A stretch of DNA of 64,000 nucleotides from Hyphomicrobiales bacterium. Its GTDB lineage: Bacteria; Pseudomonadota; Alphaproteobacteria; Rhizobiales; Beijerinckiaceae. The position numbers and the translations under genes were made by a program. Under the pieces are notes generated by a model. The model was not told where the DNA came from. It saw only the letters and a list, made by a program, of their open reading frames with translations, and searched no databases. The DNA lies in the NCBI GenBank assembly GCA_027483505.1, contig JAIXUP010000062.1, forward strand, positions 64,724-128,723. The letters are read 5' to 3'. This document shows positions 1 through 11,396 of this stretch, piece by piece; within the stretch, counting starts at the first letter, position 1; every line of letters starts with the position of its first letter.

Positions 1-82
1 GACCGACGTGACCATGCGCTCGCTCGACTATGTCTTCCGGCAGGACAATCCGTTGCTCGACCGGCTGATGGCGCGCCTCTGA
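1..82 (+). CDS. 3' end of a CDS entering from the left edge (...TDVTMRSLDYVFRQDNPLLDRLMARL*), product unassigned
   Basis: Open frame from position 2 to TGA at 80-82 with GC-rich codon usage. Confidence 0.6.
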   Translation, partial: TDVTMRSLDYVFRQDNPLLDRLMARL

Positions 83-100
83 GCAAAACGGCGCACACAC

Positions 101-200
101 GAAAAAAAGAGGCCACCCCGGGGGAGAGGTGGCCTCACAGGTACGATCCGGCCGGGGGAGTGGCCGATCGTGATGGGGAAGGAAGTCCCGAAGGGCTTCA
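101..200 (-). ncRNA. Putative small RNA with three hairpins, C-rich anti-SD loops and a Rho-independent terminator (cuckoo/alpha-r14/AbcR-like architecture)
   Basis: Minus strand: GAAGCCC-UUCG-GGACUUC, linker CUUCCCC, CGAUCGGCC-ACUCCCCC-GGCCGGAUCG, GAGGCCACC-UCUCCCCCGG-GGUGGCCUC then U7. Upstream TTGATC-N17-CGTATA promoter-like spacing (235-207). Confidence 0.6.
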
Positions 201-281
201 TGAGGGTATACGTAGTCTCCCGTAGGCCGGATCAACAACCGCCTAAAAAATTTTCAGCGGCTGCGTCATGTCGGCTTCGGG

Positions 282-1883
<1,602 letters not shown>

Positions 1884-1963
1884 CGTGCGACTCCTTGAAT
1901 AACGGCTGCGACGCTTATCGCGCGACCGTACTTTCTCCGGAAGTAGCCCAAGAGGGCGATCAC

Positions 1964-1981
1964 TGTTTCCAATTTGGAACA
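1964..1981. promoter_or_regulatory. Palindromic operator candidate upstream of aceB (TTCCA-N3-TGGAA)
   Basis: TGTTTCCAATTTGGAACA, an AT-rich dyad about 80 bp upstream of the aceB start. Confidence 0.4.
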
Positions 1982-2036
1982 AATACATCGTCCACGGCCG
2001 CGGACCCGCGACCGGCGCGCTGCGTGCCGCTAAGGA

Positions 2037-2837
2037 TCACCCGAGCGCGATGATCAGCGCCAGCCCAATGCTGCCGACCGCGATGCGCCAGTAGGCGAAG
2101 GGCTTGAAGCCGTAGTTCGAGACGATGTCGAGCAGCTTCCTGACCACGACAAGGCCCGCGAGGAAGGCCGAGATAAAGCCGATCGCGATCAGGACCACAT
2201 TGTCGGTGCTGAGCTGCTTGTAGCTCTTGAGAAGATCATAGGCGAAGGCGCCGGCCATGGTCGGCATGGCGAGAAAGAAGGAGAACTCGGCCGCCGCCCG
2301 CTTGGACGCCCCCAGCAGCATCGCTCCGACGATCGACGAGCCCGAGCGCGATACGCCCGGCACCATGGCAAGGCACTGGATCAGGCCGATCTTGAGGTAC
2401 ATCAGCGTTGGAAACGCCATGGCGTCATCATGCTTCACCTCAAGGTCAAGGTCATCGACGACAAGAAGGATCAGTCCGCCGGCGATCAGCGTGCAGCAGA
2501 CCAGGAATGGGTTGAACAGCACGCCCTTGATGAAGCCGTGCAGCAGAGCGCCGAAGAAGGCGGCCGGCAGGAAGGCCAGCAAAACGCCCAGCACAAAGCG
2601 GCGCGAGGCGGCGCTCGACGGCAGCGTGATGGCCACGTGCCAGAGCTTGCCGAAATAGACCGAAAGGATGGCGAGGATCGCCCCAAGCTGGATCAGGACG
2701 GCAAAGGTCTTGCCGAAATCATCGTCGCCAATGCCGAGAAAATGGTCGAGCAGCAGCAGATGGCCCGTCGAGGAGACGGGGATGAACTCGGTCAGCCCCT
2801 CGACCAGCCCCAGAACCAGCGCCTTGATGTAGTCCAT
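2037..2837 (-). CDS. uppP: Undecaprenyl-diphosphate phosphatase
   Basis: [19 protein letters not shown] and PGVSRSG motifs, hydrophobic. Confidence 0.95.
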   Translation of the reverse strand: MDYIKALVLGLVEGLTEFIPVSSTGHLLLLDHFLGIGDDDFGKTFAVLIQLGAILAILSVYFGKLWHVAITLPSSAASRRFVLGVLLAFLPAAFFGALLHGFIKGVLFNPFLVCCTLIAGGLILLVVDDLDLEVKHDDAMAFPTLMYLKIGLIQCLAMVPGVSRSGSSIVGAMLLGASKRAAAEFSFFLAMPTMAGAFAYDLLKSYKQLSTDNVVLIAIGFISAFLAGLVVVRKLLDIVSNYGFKPFAYWRIAVGSIGLALIIALG

Positions 2838-3011
2838 GTCGCGACAGGCCCTTTCCCCGGCCAAGCTGATCGCCTGCCCATACACACCTTCACGGCAATA
2901 CCCGAATCGGGTTGTGGGCAACGCTTCCGGGTTCTATACGCGGGGACCCTTCCGCACCACCCGGCGCATGCTCCAGTCCCGCGCCGGGCAACCCAGACGC
3001 CAGAAGACTTC

Positions 3012-3704
3012 ATGCCGCGCCTCCTCCATGCCCCGTTCTGCCCGCACTCACGATTCATCCGTCTCGTCATGGGCGAGATGGGCATGGAGGCGGAGCTGGC
3101 GGAGGAACGCGCCTGGGAGCGGCGGCCCGAATTCCTGAGCCTCAATCCGGCTGGAACGACGCCCGTCCTGATCGAGGAAGGCACGCTGGTGGTGCCCACC
3201 GCCGATGTCATTTCCGAATACCTCGACGAGACGCGGGGGCTCGCGCTCGGCGAACGCCGGCTTCTGCCCGACCCGCCAGCAGAGCGCGTCGAAGTGCGCC
3301 GGCTGACCAACTGGTTCAACCACAAGTTCTTCGACGAGGTCTCCGGGCCGCTGACGCTGGAAAAGATCAACAAGCGCTTCATGCGCAATGACGAAGGCGG
3401 CGGACCGCCTGACACAGTCTCGATCCGGGCCGCGCGCAACAATGTGCGTTACCATCTGCAGTATATCGGCTGGCTGACCGCACGGCGGAACTGGCTTGCG
3501 GGACCCAACATGTCCTATGCTGATCTTGCTGCCGCAGCCCATCTGTCCTGCGTGGACTATCTCGGCGACGCGGCCTGGGATGAGAGCGAAGGCGCGCGCG
3601 CATGGTACGCGAAGATGAAGTCCCGCCCGAGCTTCCGCCCGCTGCTCGCCGACCGCGTGGCCGGGATGGCGCCCTCGGCGACCTACGACAACCTCGACTT
3701 TTGA
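3012..3704 (+). CDS. fzlA: Glutathione S-transferase family protein, FzlA (FtsZ-binding)-like
   Basis: GST N-terminal [15 protein letters not shown] and [10 protein letters not shown]; C-terminal [16 protein letters not shown] and [10 protein letters not shown]; uppP-GST-queG context. Confidence 0.7.
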   Translation: MPRLLHAPFCPHSRFIRLVMGEMGMEAELAEERAWERRPEFLSLNPAGTTPVLIEEGTLVVPTADVISEYLDETRGLALGERRLLPDPPAERVEVRRLTNWFNHKFFDEVSGPLTLEKINKRFMRNDEGGGPPDTVSIRAARNNVRYHLQYIGWLTARRNWLAGPNMSYADLAAAAHLSCVDYLGDAAWDESEGARAWYAKMKSRPSFRPLLADRVAGMAPSATYDNLDF

Positions 3705-4828
3705 CGCCGGCAGCCCTGAAGCAGGCGGTTCTGGCGCGGGCGGAGGCGGAAGGCTTCGACATCGCGCGCGTGACCACGCCTTCGGCTGTTCCGGATGCCG
3801 CCGGCCGGCTCAGGCAATGGCTCGATGCCTCGCACCACGGGACGATGGACTGGATGGCCGACCGGGCCGACTGGCGCGGCGACCCAGCCAGGCTCTGGCC
3901 GGAGGCGCGCTCGGTGATCATGCTTGGCCTGTCCTACGCGCCGCCGCACGACCCGCTGGCGGTCCTCGCGGAGCCCGCGAAAGCCGCATTGTCGGTCTAT
4001 GCAGCCCGGCGGGACTATCACGATGTGATCAAGGGCAAGCTCAAGACAGTGGCCGGAGCGCTGGCCGCCAGCAATGCTGCCATCAAGGTCTTCGTCGACA
4101 CCGCGCCAGTGATGGAGAAGGCGCTGGCCGAGGCCGCGGGGCTCGGCTGGCAGGGCAAGCACACAGTGCTGGTGTCGCGCGAGCATGGCTCCTGGCTGTT
4201 CCTGGGCGCGATCTTCACCAGCGCCGAGCTGCCGGCGGATGAAGCCGGAATTGACCATTGCGGCCGCTGCACGCGCTGTCTCGACATCTGCCCGACCAAG
4301 GCCTTCCCGGAGCCTTATGTGCTCGATGCGCGGCGCTGCATCGCCTATCTGACCATCGAGCATGCGGGCCATATCGACCGTGACCTGCGCCCCGGCATCG
4401 GCAACAGGGTTTTCGGCTGCGATGACTGCCTCGCAGTCTGTCCGTGGAACAAGTTCGCTGGCGCCGCCCGCGAATCACGGCTGGCCCTTCGGGAGGACCT
4501 TCTCGGGATGCCGCTGTCCGCCCTCGCGGCGCTCGATGATGCATCCTTCCGCAGGCTGTTCGCGGGGACGCCGGTCAAGCGGACGGGGCGGGATCGTTTC
4601 GTGCGCAACGTCCTGATCGCCATCGGCAACTCGGGCGCAGCCGAACTGGGCGACGTCGCGCAAGCCCGGCTTGACGACGCCTCGCCATTGGTGCGCGCCA
4701 TGGCGGTCTGGGCGCTGGCGCGGCTGGCGCCAGGGCGCGCGCGTGAGCTCGCCGCCGGATTGGTGCACGCGGAGACCGATGCCGCTGTGCAGGCGGAGTG
4801 GCGCACCGTGCTGGACGGTGCGGCATGA
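3701..4828 (+). CDS. queG: Epoxyqueuosine reductase
   Basis: [13 protein letters not shown] and [23 protein letters not shown] Fe-S motifs. TTG start overlapping upstream stop. Confidence 0.92.
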   Translation: MTPAALKQAVLARAEAEGFDIARVTTPSAVPDAAGRLRQWLDASHHGTMDWMADRADWRGDPARLWPEARSVIMLGLSYAPPHDPLAVLAEPAKAALSVYAARRDYHDVIKGKLKTVAGALAASNAAIKVFVDTAPVMEKALAEAAGLGWQGKHTVLVSREHGSWLFLGAIFTSAELPADEAGIDHCGRCTRCLDICPTKAFPEPYVLDARRCIAYLTIEHAGHIDRDLRPGIGNRVFGCDDCLAVCPWNKFAGAARESRLALREDLLGMPLSALAALDDASFRRLFAGTPVKRTGRDRFVRNVLIAIGNSGAAELGDVAQARLDDASPLVRAMAVWALARLAPGRARELAAGLVHAETDAAVQAEWRTVLDGAA

Positions 4829-5706
4829 GGCTCGTCGTTCTCGGCATGGGTTATTCGGCGGCGCAATTCGTGGCGCAGGGGCGCGCGCGCTTCGCCAGTG
4901 TCAGCGTCACGGTGCGCAGCGCGGAGAAGGCCTCCCGCCTGCGGGCCGGCGGCTTCGAGGCCTTCGTCCTGTCCGGACAGATGGTTGACCCTGCGCTGGA
5001 GACCGCGATCCGGGATGCAGACGCGCTGCTGGTCTCCATTCCAGCGGAAGATGGCGGGGACCCTGCCCTGCCGGTGCTCGGCGAGGTGATCCGGACAGCG
5101 CCGCGCCTTGGCTGGATTGGCTATCTCTCCACTGTCGGCGTCTACGGTGATCATCAGGGCGCGCTGGTCGACGAGACCTCCGCCTTGCGGGCAACCTCGG
5201 AGCGTGGGCTCAGGCGGATCGCGGCCGAAATGGGCTGGCTCGATCTCGGCGTGGCCTCCGGCAAGGCCGTCCAGGTTTTCCGGCTCGCGGGGATCTACGG
5301 GCCGGGACGCAACCAGCTTGTCTCGGTCGCGGACGGATCGGCGCGGCGGATCATCAAGGCCGGCCAGAAATTCAGCCGCATCCATGTCGAGGACATCGCC
5401 GGGGCCTGTCTCGCCTCGCTCGACAGGCCCGATCCGGGCGCCGTCTACAATGTGGCCGACAATGAACCGGCGCCGCCGCAGGACGTGATCGCCTTCGCGG
5501 CCGGGCTGCTCGGCCTTCCGGCGCCACGCGAGGAGCCGTTCGACAGCGCGACGCTCTCGCCCATGGCGCGCTCCTTCTACATGGACAGCCGCCAGATCTC
5601 GAATGCGAAGCTGCGGACGCGGCTGGGCTATGTGATGCGCTATCCGACCTACCGCGAAGGCCTCGCTGCCCTGTTCCGGGCGGGCGAAGGCCAACGAAGC
5701 CGTTAG
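4825..5706 (+). CDS. Atypical SDR / NAD-dependent epimerase-dehydratase family protein
   Basis: LGMGYSA Rossmann start, [30 protein letters not shown]. Confidence 0.85.
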   Translation: MRLVVLGMGYSAAQFVAQGRARFASVSVTVRSAEKASRLRAGGFEAFVLSGQMVDPALETAIRDADALLVSIPAEDGGDPALPVLGEVIRTAPRLGWIGYLSTVGVYGDHQGALVDETSALRATSERGLRRIAAEMGWLDLGVASGKAVQVFRLAGIYGPGRNQLVSVADGSARRIIKAGQKFSRIHVEDIAGACLASLDRPDPGAVYNVADNEPAPPQDVIAFAAGLLGLPAPREEPFDSATLSPMARSFYMDSRQISNAKLRTRLGYVMRYPTYREGLAALFRAGEGQRSR

Positions 5707-5723
5707 CCTGCCTAGCAGCACGC

Positions 5724-6368
5724 CTATTTCGTGCCGAACATCCTGTCGCCGGCGTCGCCGAGCCCCGGCACGATGTAGCCGTGATCGTTGAGATGGCTAT
5801 CGATGGACGCGGTCCAGATGCGGACCTCCGGATGTGCGTCGCGCATCTTGGCGATACCCTCCGGGGCCGCGAGCAGGCACACGAAGCGCAGGTCTTTCGC
5901 GCCGCGCTCCTTGAGGCGGTCGACGGCCGCGATGGCGGAGTTGGCGGTGGCCAGCATCGGGTCCATCACGATGACCATCCGGTCGGCGATGTCGGAGGGA
6001 GCCTTGAAGTAGTATTCGACGGCCTGCAGCGTCTCGGGATCGCGGTACAGGCCGATATGGGCCACGCGGGCTGCCGGCACCATCTCGAGCATGCCATCGA
6101 GGAAGCCGACGCCGGCGCGCAGGATCGGGGCGAAGACCAGCTTCTTGCCGGCGATGATCGGGGCCTGCATCTTCTGGAGCGGCGTCTCGATTTCGGTCAT
6201 CGTGATCGGCAGATCGCGGGTGACCTCGTAGCACAGCAGCATGCCGATTTCGTTGAGCAACTGCCGGAAGCTCTTGGTCGAGCGCTCCTTGTCGCGCATC
6301 AGGGTGAGCTTGTGCTGCACCAGCGGATGATCGACGACCGTGACGCCGGGGTCTTTCTGACTTGCCAT
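5724..6368 (-). CDS. upp: Uracil phosphoribosyltransferase
   Basis: [25 protein letters not shown] (PRPP motif), [17 protein letters not shown]. Confidence 0.96.
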   Translation of the reverse strand: MASQKDPGVTVVDHPLVQHKLTLMRDKERSTKSFRQLLNEIGMLLCYEVTRDLPITMTEIETPLQKMQAPIIAGKKLVFAPILRAGVGFLDGMLEMVPAARVAHIGLYRDPETLQAVEYYFKAPSDIADRMVIVMDPMLATANSAIAAVDRLKERGAKDLRFVCLLAAPEGIAKMRDAHPEVRIWTASIDSHLNDHGYIVPGLGDAGDRMFGTK

Positions 6369-6391
6369 GCTCGCATTCCCTTCCAAGACTC

Positions 6392-7630
6392 TCAGAATAC
6401 CGTTCCGTCGCTGATGATGGCCAGCGGCGGGCCGCCATCCGCACGCTTTTCTTTCGCGATCCGCCGCCCTGCCGCCCAGGTGCCGCCTTCGAGCACCTTG
6501 GCGAGCGGCAGTTCGTCCGCGCTCAGCCCGAGCCGCGCGCGCATCTTCGCAGCAATGATGTCGAGCAGCGCCACGGTCAGCGCGCGCCACTCGACGACGA
6601 GTGCGGACGACACGTCATGCCTGCGCGTCCAGTCAGCCGGGTCCTTCAGGGACAGCACGCCGAAATCGAGCAGCAGGCCGCCGTTGCGGTACTCGGGAAG
6701 ACCGGTGAGGCCATCAATGTCGCGGACATCGTGACCGGCCCATTGCAGCGGCTCGATCAGCGAGTAGGTCAGCCATTGCGACAGTTTGTGGAAAGGTACC
6801 GCGCTGCCATGCCCCGGGAGCGGCATGCCGTGCGGATGAAACCACGTATCGCCGCAGCCGGGGACGGCGCCGGCGCGCTCGGGCCAGATGCCGCTGAATT
6901 CCTTCAGAACCTCCACCAGCATCATCGACGCCAGCAGCGGATTGCCTGACTCCAGCGTTTCGAGGAACAGGTCTGCAAGGATCGAGGGCCGCTGATTGCC
7001 GGGCTGGTCGGCATGGCGGTCGGCCAGTTCCTCGCCAAGCCGGTGCAGCAGCGCGGTCCGCCCTTCAAGGCCGACCAGCGGATTGTCTGCTCCGACCTGG
7101 AAGCCGCGGCGCAGGTCGCCGACCGAGAGTCGCTGCAGCCGTTCGGCATCGACCCTGAGCGGTTCGCCCGGATGAGCCGAAAACAGGCCCTCCCGGAACA
7201 TGGTGAAGGAGGCCAGCCCGAGCCCCTCGGACTTGCTGGCTTCGACGCGCGTGATCGGCTCGACAAAGCGCCAGCCCATCCCGGCCCCTGCATCCAGCAG
7301 CACGCTGACAATCACAAGGTCATAGGCGGCCTTGACGCGCGCCCGCTGCGACGTCCAGGCCGTCGCCTTGTCGAGTTCCGCCCACAGATCGCGGCCGCCG
7401 GCGCGGAAATGCCGCCAGCGCGCGTGAAACGGGATCTCGCCTGTCGGATAGTTCGCGCGCGTCGTCTCGATGACGTAGTCGACCACCGCATCGAGGCGGC
7501 TCTCGTCGAGCGACAGATGGGCCAGTTCGCCGGCGCGGGCATGGTCGAGCAGCTTGCGGGCGGCCATGCGCACCGCTCCGCTGTTCATGAGGCGCTGGTT
7601 CAGGCCATGATGGCTGAGAATGCCGGACAT
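6392..7630 (-). CDS. URC4/Urg3 family (DUF1688) protein
   Basis: [66 protein letters not shown]; located between URC1-like gene and upp. Confidence 0.85.
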   Translation of the reverse strand: MSGILSHHGLNQRLMNSGAVRMAARKLLDHARAGELAHLSLDESRLDAVVDYVIETTRANYPTGEIPFHARWRHFRAGGRDLWAELDKATAWTSQRARVKAAYDLVIVSVLLDAGAGMGWRFVEPITRVEASKSEGLGLASFTMFREGLFSAHPGEPLRVDAERLQRLSVGDLRRGFQVGADNPLVGLEGRTALLHRLGEELADRHADQPGNQRPSILADLFLETLESGNPLLASMMLVEVLKEFSGIWPERAGAVPGCGDTWFHPHGMPLPGHGSAVPFHKLSQWLTYSLIEPLQWAGHDVRDIDGLTGLPEYRNGGLLLDFGVLSLKDPADWTRRHDVSSALVVEWRALTVALLDIIAAKMRARLGLSADELPLAKVLEGGTWAAGRRIAKEKRADGGPPLAIISDGTVF

Positions 7631-7633
7631 CGC

Positions 7634-8893
7634 TCAGAACTTGTCCAGCCCGCGGCCGACCGTGGCCTTCAGCGCATTGTCGCCGGGCGCGCCCTCGGGC
7701 GCATAGTAGCCGGCGGCCTTCTTGGCCTCCATCTCGACCGAGGCATCCTGCGGGATCAATTCGGGCGGGATCGGCACACGTTCGCCGATCTCGATGCCGG
7801 ACTGGACCATGGCGTCGTACTTCATGTTGGACATCGACATCAGCCGGTCGATCTTCGTCACGCCGAGCCAGTGCAGGATATCCGGCATGAGCTGCTGAAA
7901 GCGGGCATCCTGCACGCCGGCCACGCATTCGGTGCGCTCGAAATAGGTGGCGGCGCTATCTCCGCCCTCCTGCCGCTTGCGGGCGTTGTAGACGAGGAAT
8001 TTCGTGACCTCGCCGAGCGCCCTGCCCTCCTTGCGGTTGTAGACGATAAGGCCGACGCCGCCGCGCTGGGCTTCGATGGTGGCTTCCTCGATGCCATGGG
8101 TGAGATAAGGCCGGCAGGTGCAGATGTCGGAGCCGAACACATCCGAGCCGTTGCATTCGTCATGAACGCGGCAGGCGAGCCGCTTCTTCGGATTGGCGAG
8201 ATCGGCCACGTCGCCGATCACATAGGCCGTCATCGAGCCGATCGGCGGCAGGAAGACCTTCATGTCCGGCCGCGTCACCAGTTCGGTGAACATGCCGCCC
8301 GTCTGCTCGAACAGGGTGCGGCGCAACTCGTTCTCGCTCGTGCCGAAACGCTCGGCGACGCCCGGCAGCCACCAGACCGAATCGACCGCGATCTTGGTGA
8401 CCGAGATGTCGCCGGAGGCATGCAGGATGCGGCCATCAGGCGCGAGCCTGCGGGCGGCCATGGCGGCCGTGATCTCGGGCAGGTTCAGCCGCGCCTTCGT
8501 CACGGCAATGGTCGGGCGGATGTCGACGCCCTCGGCGATCTCGCGGGAAAAGTCGCGCGCCACGCGGTGGCCCCATGGATCGAGCGAGACGATCTTGCCG
8601 GGCGTCGACCATTGCGGATAGGGCCCGATCTCGGCAGTCGGGTAGGTGTTGGTGAGGTCAGGCCGGGCCGACGGGTTCATGGCGCGGGCAGAGACCGCCA
8701 GTGCCCGATAGAGCGAATAGGCGCCGCCATAGGCGCCGATCACGTTGCGGTCGAGCGGCGTCGTCGTCGCCCCCACAACGGGACCGCGCTCCTCGATCGT
8801 GGCGGCGTCCCACTTCACCGGAAAGCGCGAGGTCGCCGTGCCCGGTTCAGGGTGGGAGGTGAGGCGGATATGAGTGGACCGGTTGGCGGTCAT
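7634..8893 (-). CDS. GTP cyclohydrolase II-like protein with long N-terminal domain (URC1/Urg1 family)
   Basis: RVHDECNGSDVFGSDICTC Zn-binding motif, EGRALGE, SMSNMKYDA; ~250 aa N-terminal extension not found in canonical RibA. Confidence 0.85.
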   Translation of the reverse strand: MTANRSTHIRLTSHPEPGTATSRFPVKWDAATIEERGPVVGATTTPLDRNVIGAYGGAYSLYRALAVSARAMNPSARPDLTNTYPTAEIGPYPQWSTPGKIVSLDPWGHRVARDFSREIAEGVDIRPTIAVTKARLNLPEITAAMAARRLAPDGRILHASGDISVTKIAVDSVWWLPGVAERFGTSENELRRTLFEQTGGMFTELVTRPDMKVFLPPIGSMTAYVIGDVADLANPKKRLACRVHDECNGSDVFGSDICTCRPYLTHGIEEATIEAQRGGVGLIVYNRKEGRALGEVTKFLVYNARKRQEGGDSAATYFERTECVAGVQDARFQQLMPDILHWLGVTKIDRLMSMSNMKYDAMVQSGIEIGERVPIPPELIPQDASVEMEAKKAAGYYAPEGAPGDNALKATVGRGLDKF

Positions 8894-9131
8894 CACGGGG
8901 CTCCAAAACAAATGTGGCTCCGGACGCAAGAGGCCGGAGCCGTTCGATCAGGTATCGCAGCGCCTGACGACCGTAAGTTGGCGCGGCGGAAGCCTGACGT
9001 CAACGCCGGCGCGCCGCCATCACGGGCAGCGCCCTCGGAATCGCGCAAAAATGCCGCGATCCCACACCCAGAGGCCCGGAAGATGCCAGTGGTCTCTCGA
9101 CGGCGCCCATTGTCGGGCTTAAACAGGCGTC

Positions 9132-9560
9132 ATGACAGACATGCCCTTCGCACTCGATCCGCGCCTTGAAGGCGACACCTATCTTGTGGCCGACTGGCCA
9201 CTGTGCGAGGTCCGGCTGATCAAGGACGCGCGCTATGTCTGGCTCGTGCTGGTTCCGAAGCGCGCCGGCGTCACCGAGATCGTCGACCTGTCAGCGATTG
9301 ACCGCGTACGGCTGAGCGCTGAGATCGACAGGGCCGCGCTTGGCCTCAAGGCGTGTGTGCCCTGCGACAAGCTCAACATCGCGGCGCTCGGCAACATGGT
9401 GGCACAACTGCATGTGCATGTGATCGCGCGGCGCAAGACCGACGCCGCCTGGCCCAAGCCCGTCTGGGGCCTCGGCAATCCGGAAGCCTATGACAAGGCC
9501 GAACTGTCCGGGCTGATCGCACGCCTCATCGCAGCCTTCGACTCAGGCGGTCGCCCATGA
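9132..9560 (+). CDS. HIT family hydrolase
   Basis: KLNIAALGNMVAQLHVHVIAR histidine-triad-like motif. Confidence 0.9.
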   Translation: MTDMPFALDPRLEGDTYLVADWPLCEVRLIKDARYVWLVLVPKRAGVTEIVDLSAIDRVRLSAEIDRAALGLKACVPCDKLNIAALGNMVAQLHVHVIARRKTDAAWPKPVWGLGNPEAYDKAELSGLIARLIAAFDSGGRP

Positions 9561-10504
9561 ATCCGTATCTGCCGATCACGGCGCGCGCCGAGCTTTCGGC
9601 CCGCACGGGCTTTGCCGCCAACCTGTTCGACCGGGCCGCCGAACTGCGCGATTCGCCGGAGGCGCAAACCGCGCTGCGCGCCGGGCCACTGGCGCGGTTT
9701 GCGGTGGTGGCCGGCGAACGGCCGGTGCTTCGCCGGGTGGGCGATGGCTTCACGGTCTGGCATGATGCGCAGGCGCTGGCCGAACTCGGCGATGCGGAAC
9801 ACGAGATCCTGCTGGGGCGCGACGATGGCGCGGGGCGGTTCGGCGTCCGCATAGCCGCAGCGCTCGGCGATGCGCTGAAGGGCAGGCCCGAGCTTCTGGT
9901 GCTCGACCTGCGCTCGCTGGCCATTCAGGGGCTGGTGCCTGTCGCGGAGCTGGGGGCGGTCGGCGAGACCAAGGCGATGACCGACTGGCATGCGCGCCAC
10001 CGTTTCTGCGCCAATTGCGGCCAGCCCACCGCCGCCAGCCCCGGCGGCTGGAAACGCGAATGCAGCGCCTGCGCCGCGCAGCATTTTCCCCGCACCGACC
10101 CGGTGACCATCATGCTGGTGACCCATGGCGATCGGTGTCTGCTGGCCCGCCAGGCGCGCTTTCCGCCCGGCATGCATTCGGCCATCGCAGGCTTTGTCGA
10201 GCCGGGCGAAACCATCGAGGACGCGGTGCGCCGCGAGACACTGGAGGAAACGGGGCTTGCGGTCGGCAAGGTAACGTATCTTGCCTCCCAGCCCTGGCCA
10301 TTTCCCTCATCGCTGATGATCGGTTGCCTGGCAGAGGCTCTCCATGACGAGATCACGCTCGACGGGACGGAGCTTGAGGCCGGACGCTGGTTCAGCCGTG
10401 AGGAGGCCAGGCTGATGCTGAAGGGGCAGCATCCGGAGGGCCTGACAGCGCCGGTGCATATCGCCATCGCGAACACCCTGCTGACGCATTGGCTGGCGAA
10501 CTGA
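9557..10504 (+). CDS. nudC: NADH pyrophosphatase / NAD+ diphosphatase
   Basis: Zn ribbon CANC..CSAC, Nudix box GFVEPGETIEDAVRRETLEETG, SQPWPFPSS. Confidence 0.93.
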   Translation: MNPYLPITARAELSARTGFAANLFDRAAELRDSPEAQTALRAGPLARFAVVAGERPVLRRVGDGFTVWHDAQALAELGDAEHEILLGRDDGAGRFGVRIAAALGDALKGRPELLVLDLRSLAIQGLVPVAELGAVGETKAMTDWHARHRFCANCGQPTAASPGGWKRECSACAAQHFPRTDPVTIMLVTHGDRCLLARQARFPPGMHSAIAGFVEPGETIEDAVRRETLEETGLAVGKVTYLASQPWPFPSSLMIGCLAEALHDEITLDGTELEAGRWFSREEARLMLKGQHPEGLTAPVHIAIANTLLTHWLAN

Positions 10505-10540
10505 GCCGGGATGGCGCGATGGCCGCGCCAAGCGTCGTCG

Positions 10541-11386
10541 TCAGCCTTCCTTGAAGCTTTCGCGGAAGGGGTGGGCCGGGTAGACGCCGAGGATTTTTAC
10601 TTCGCGCGAAAAGTACTCCAGTTCCTCGAGCGCGCGCTTGAGCGCCGGATCGTCCGGATGGCCGTCGACATCGACGTAGAACATTGTGGCGTAGAAGTGC
10701 CCGTCCAGCATGTAGCTTTCGAGCTTGGTCATGTTGACGCCATTGGTCGCAAACCCGCCCATGGCCTTGTAGAGCGCTGCCGGAATGTTGCGCACGCGGA
10801 AGACGAAGGTGGTGATCGTCGGGCCGCCGCCTGCCCGGGCATATTCGGGATACTTCGACAGGATGACGAAGCGCGTGGTGTTGTGCTTTTCGTCCTCGAC
10901 ATCCTCCGCGAGGACATCGAGCCCGTAGATCTCGGCGGCGAGCTTCGAGGCGAGCGCGCCACGGGTGGGGTCCTTCGCCTCCGCGATGATCCGGGCTGAG
11001 CCCGCGGTGTCGCTGGCGACCACGGGGCTGAGGCTGTGCTTGCGGATGAAACCCATGTTCTGGCCGAGCGCCACGACATGGCTTTCGGCGGTCTTCAGGC
11101 CATCCAGCGTCGCGCCCTTCACGGCCATCAGCTGGAAATGGATCGGCAGGAAGAACTCGCCGATGATGTGCAGGCCCGATTTGGGCAGGAGCTGGTAGAT
11201 GTCGCCGACGCGGCCCACGGTCGAATTCTCGATCGGAATCATGCCGTAGCGCGCGGTTCCATCCTGAACCGCGGCCAGCGCGTCCTGAAAGGTCGGGCAC
11301 GCCAGCGGCGTGCAGTTCGGGAAAACCTCCAGCGCGGCGGCCTGGCTATAGGCGCCGGGCTCGCCCTGGTAACAAACGACGGTCAT
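10541..11386 (-). CDS. pheA: Prephenate dehydratase with ACT domain
   Basis: YQGEPGAYS, PIENSTVG, NTTRFVIL, GVNMTKLESY. Confidence 0.92.
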   Translation of the reverse strand: MTVVCYQGEPGAYSQAAALEVFPNCTPLACPTFQDALAAVQDGTARYGMIPIENSTVGRVGDIYQLLPKSGLHIIGEFFLPIHFQLMAVKGATLDGLKTAESHVVALGQNMGFIRKHSLSPVVASDTAGSARIIAEAKDPTRGALASKLAAEIYGLDVLAEDVEDEKHNTTRFVILSKYPEYARAGGGPTITTFVFRVRNIPAALYKAMGGFATNGVNMTKLESYMLDGHFYATMFYVDVDGHPDDPALKRALEELEYFSREVKILGVYPAHPFRESFKEG

Positions 11387-11396
11387 GAAGAACTCC

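Noticed and set aside
7013-9169. 718 aa plus-strand ORF antisense to the URC1/URC4 genes
   Set aside because: Shadow ORF: no recognisable motifs, while the opposite strand has clear family signatures. Typical of GC-rich codon bias.
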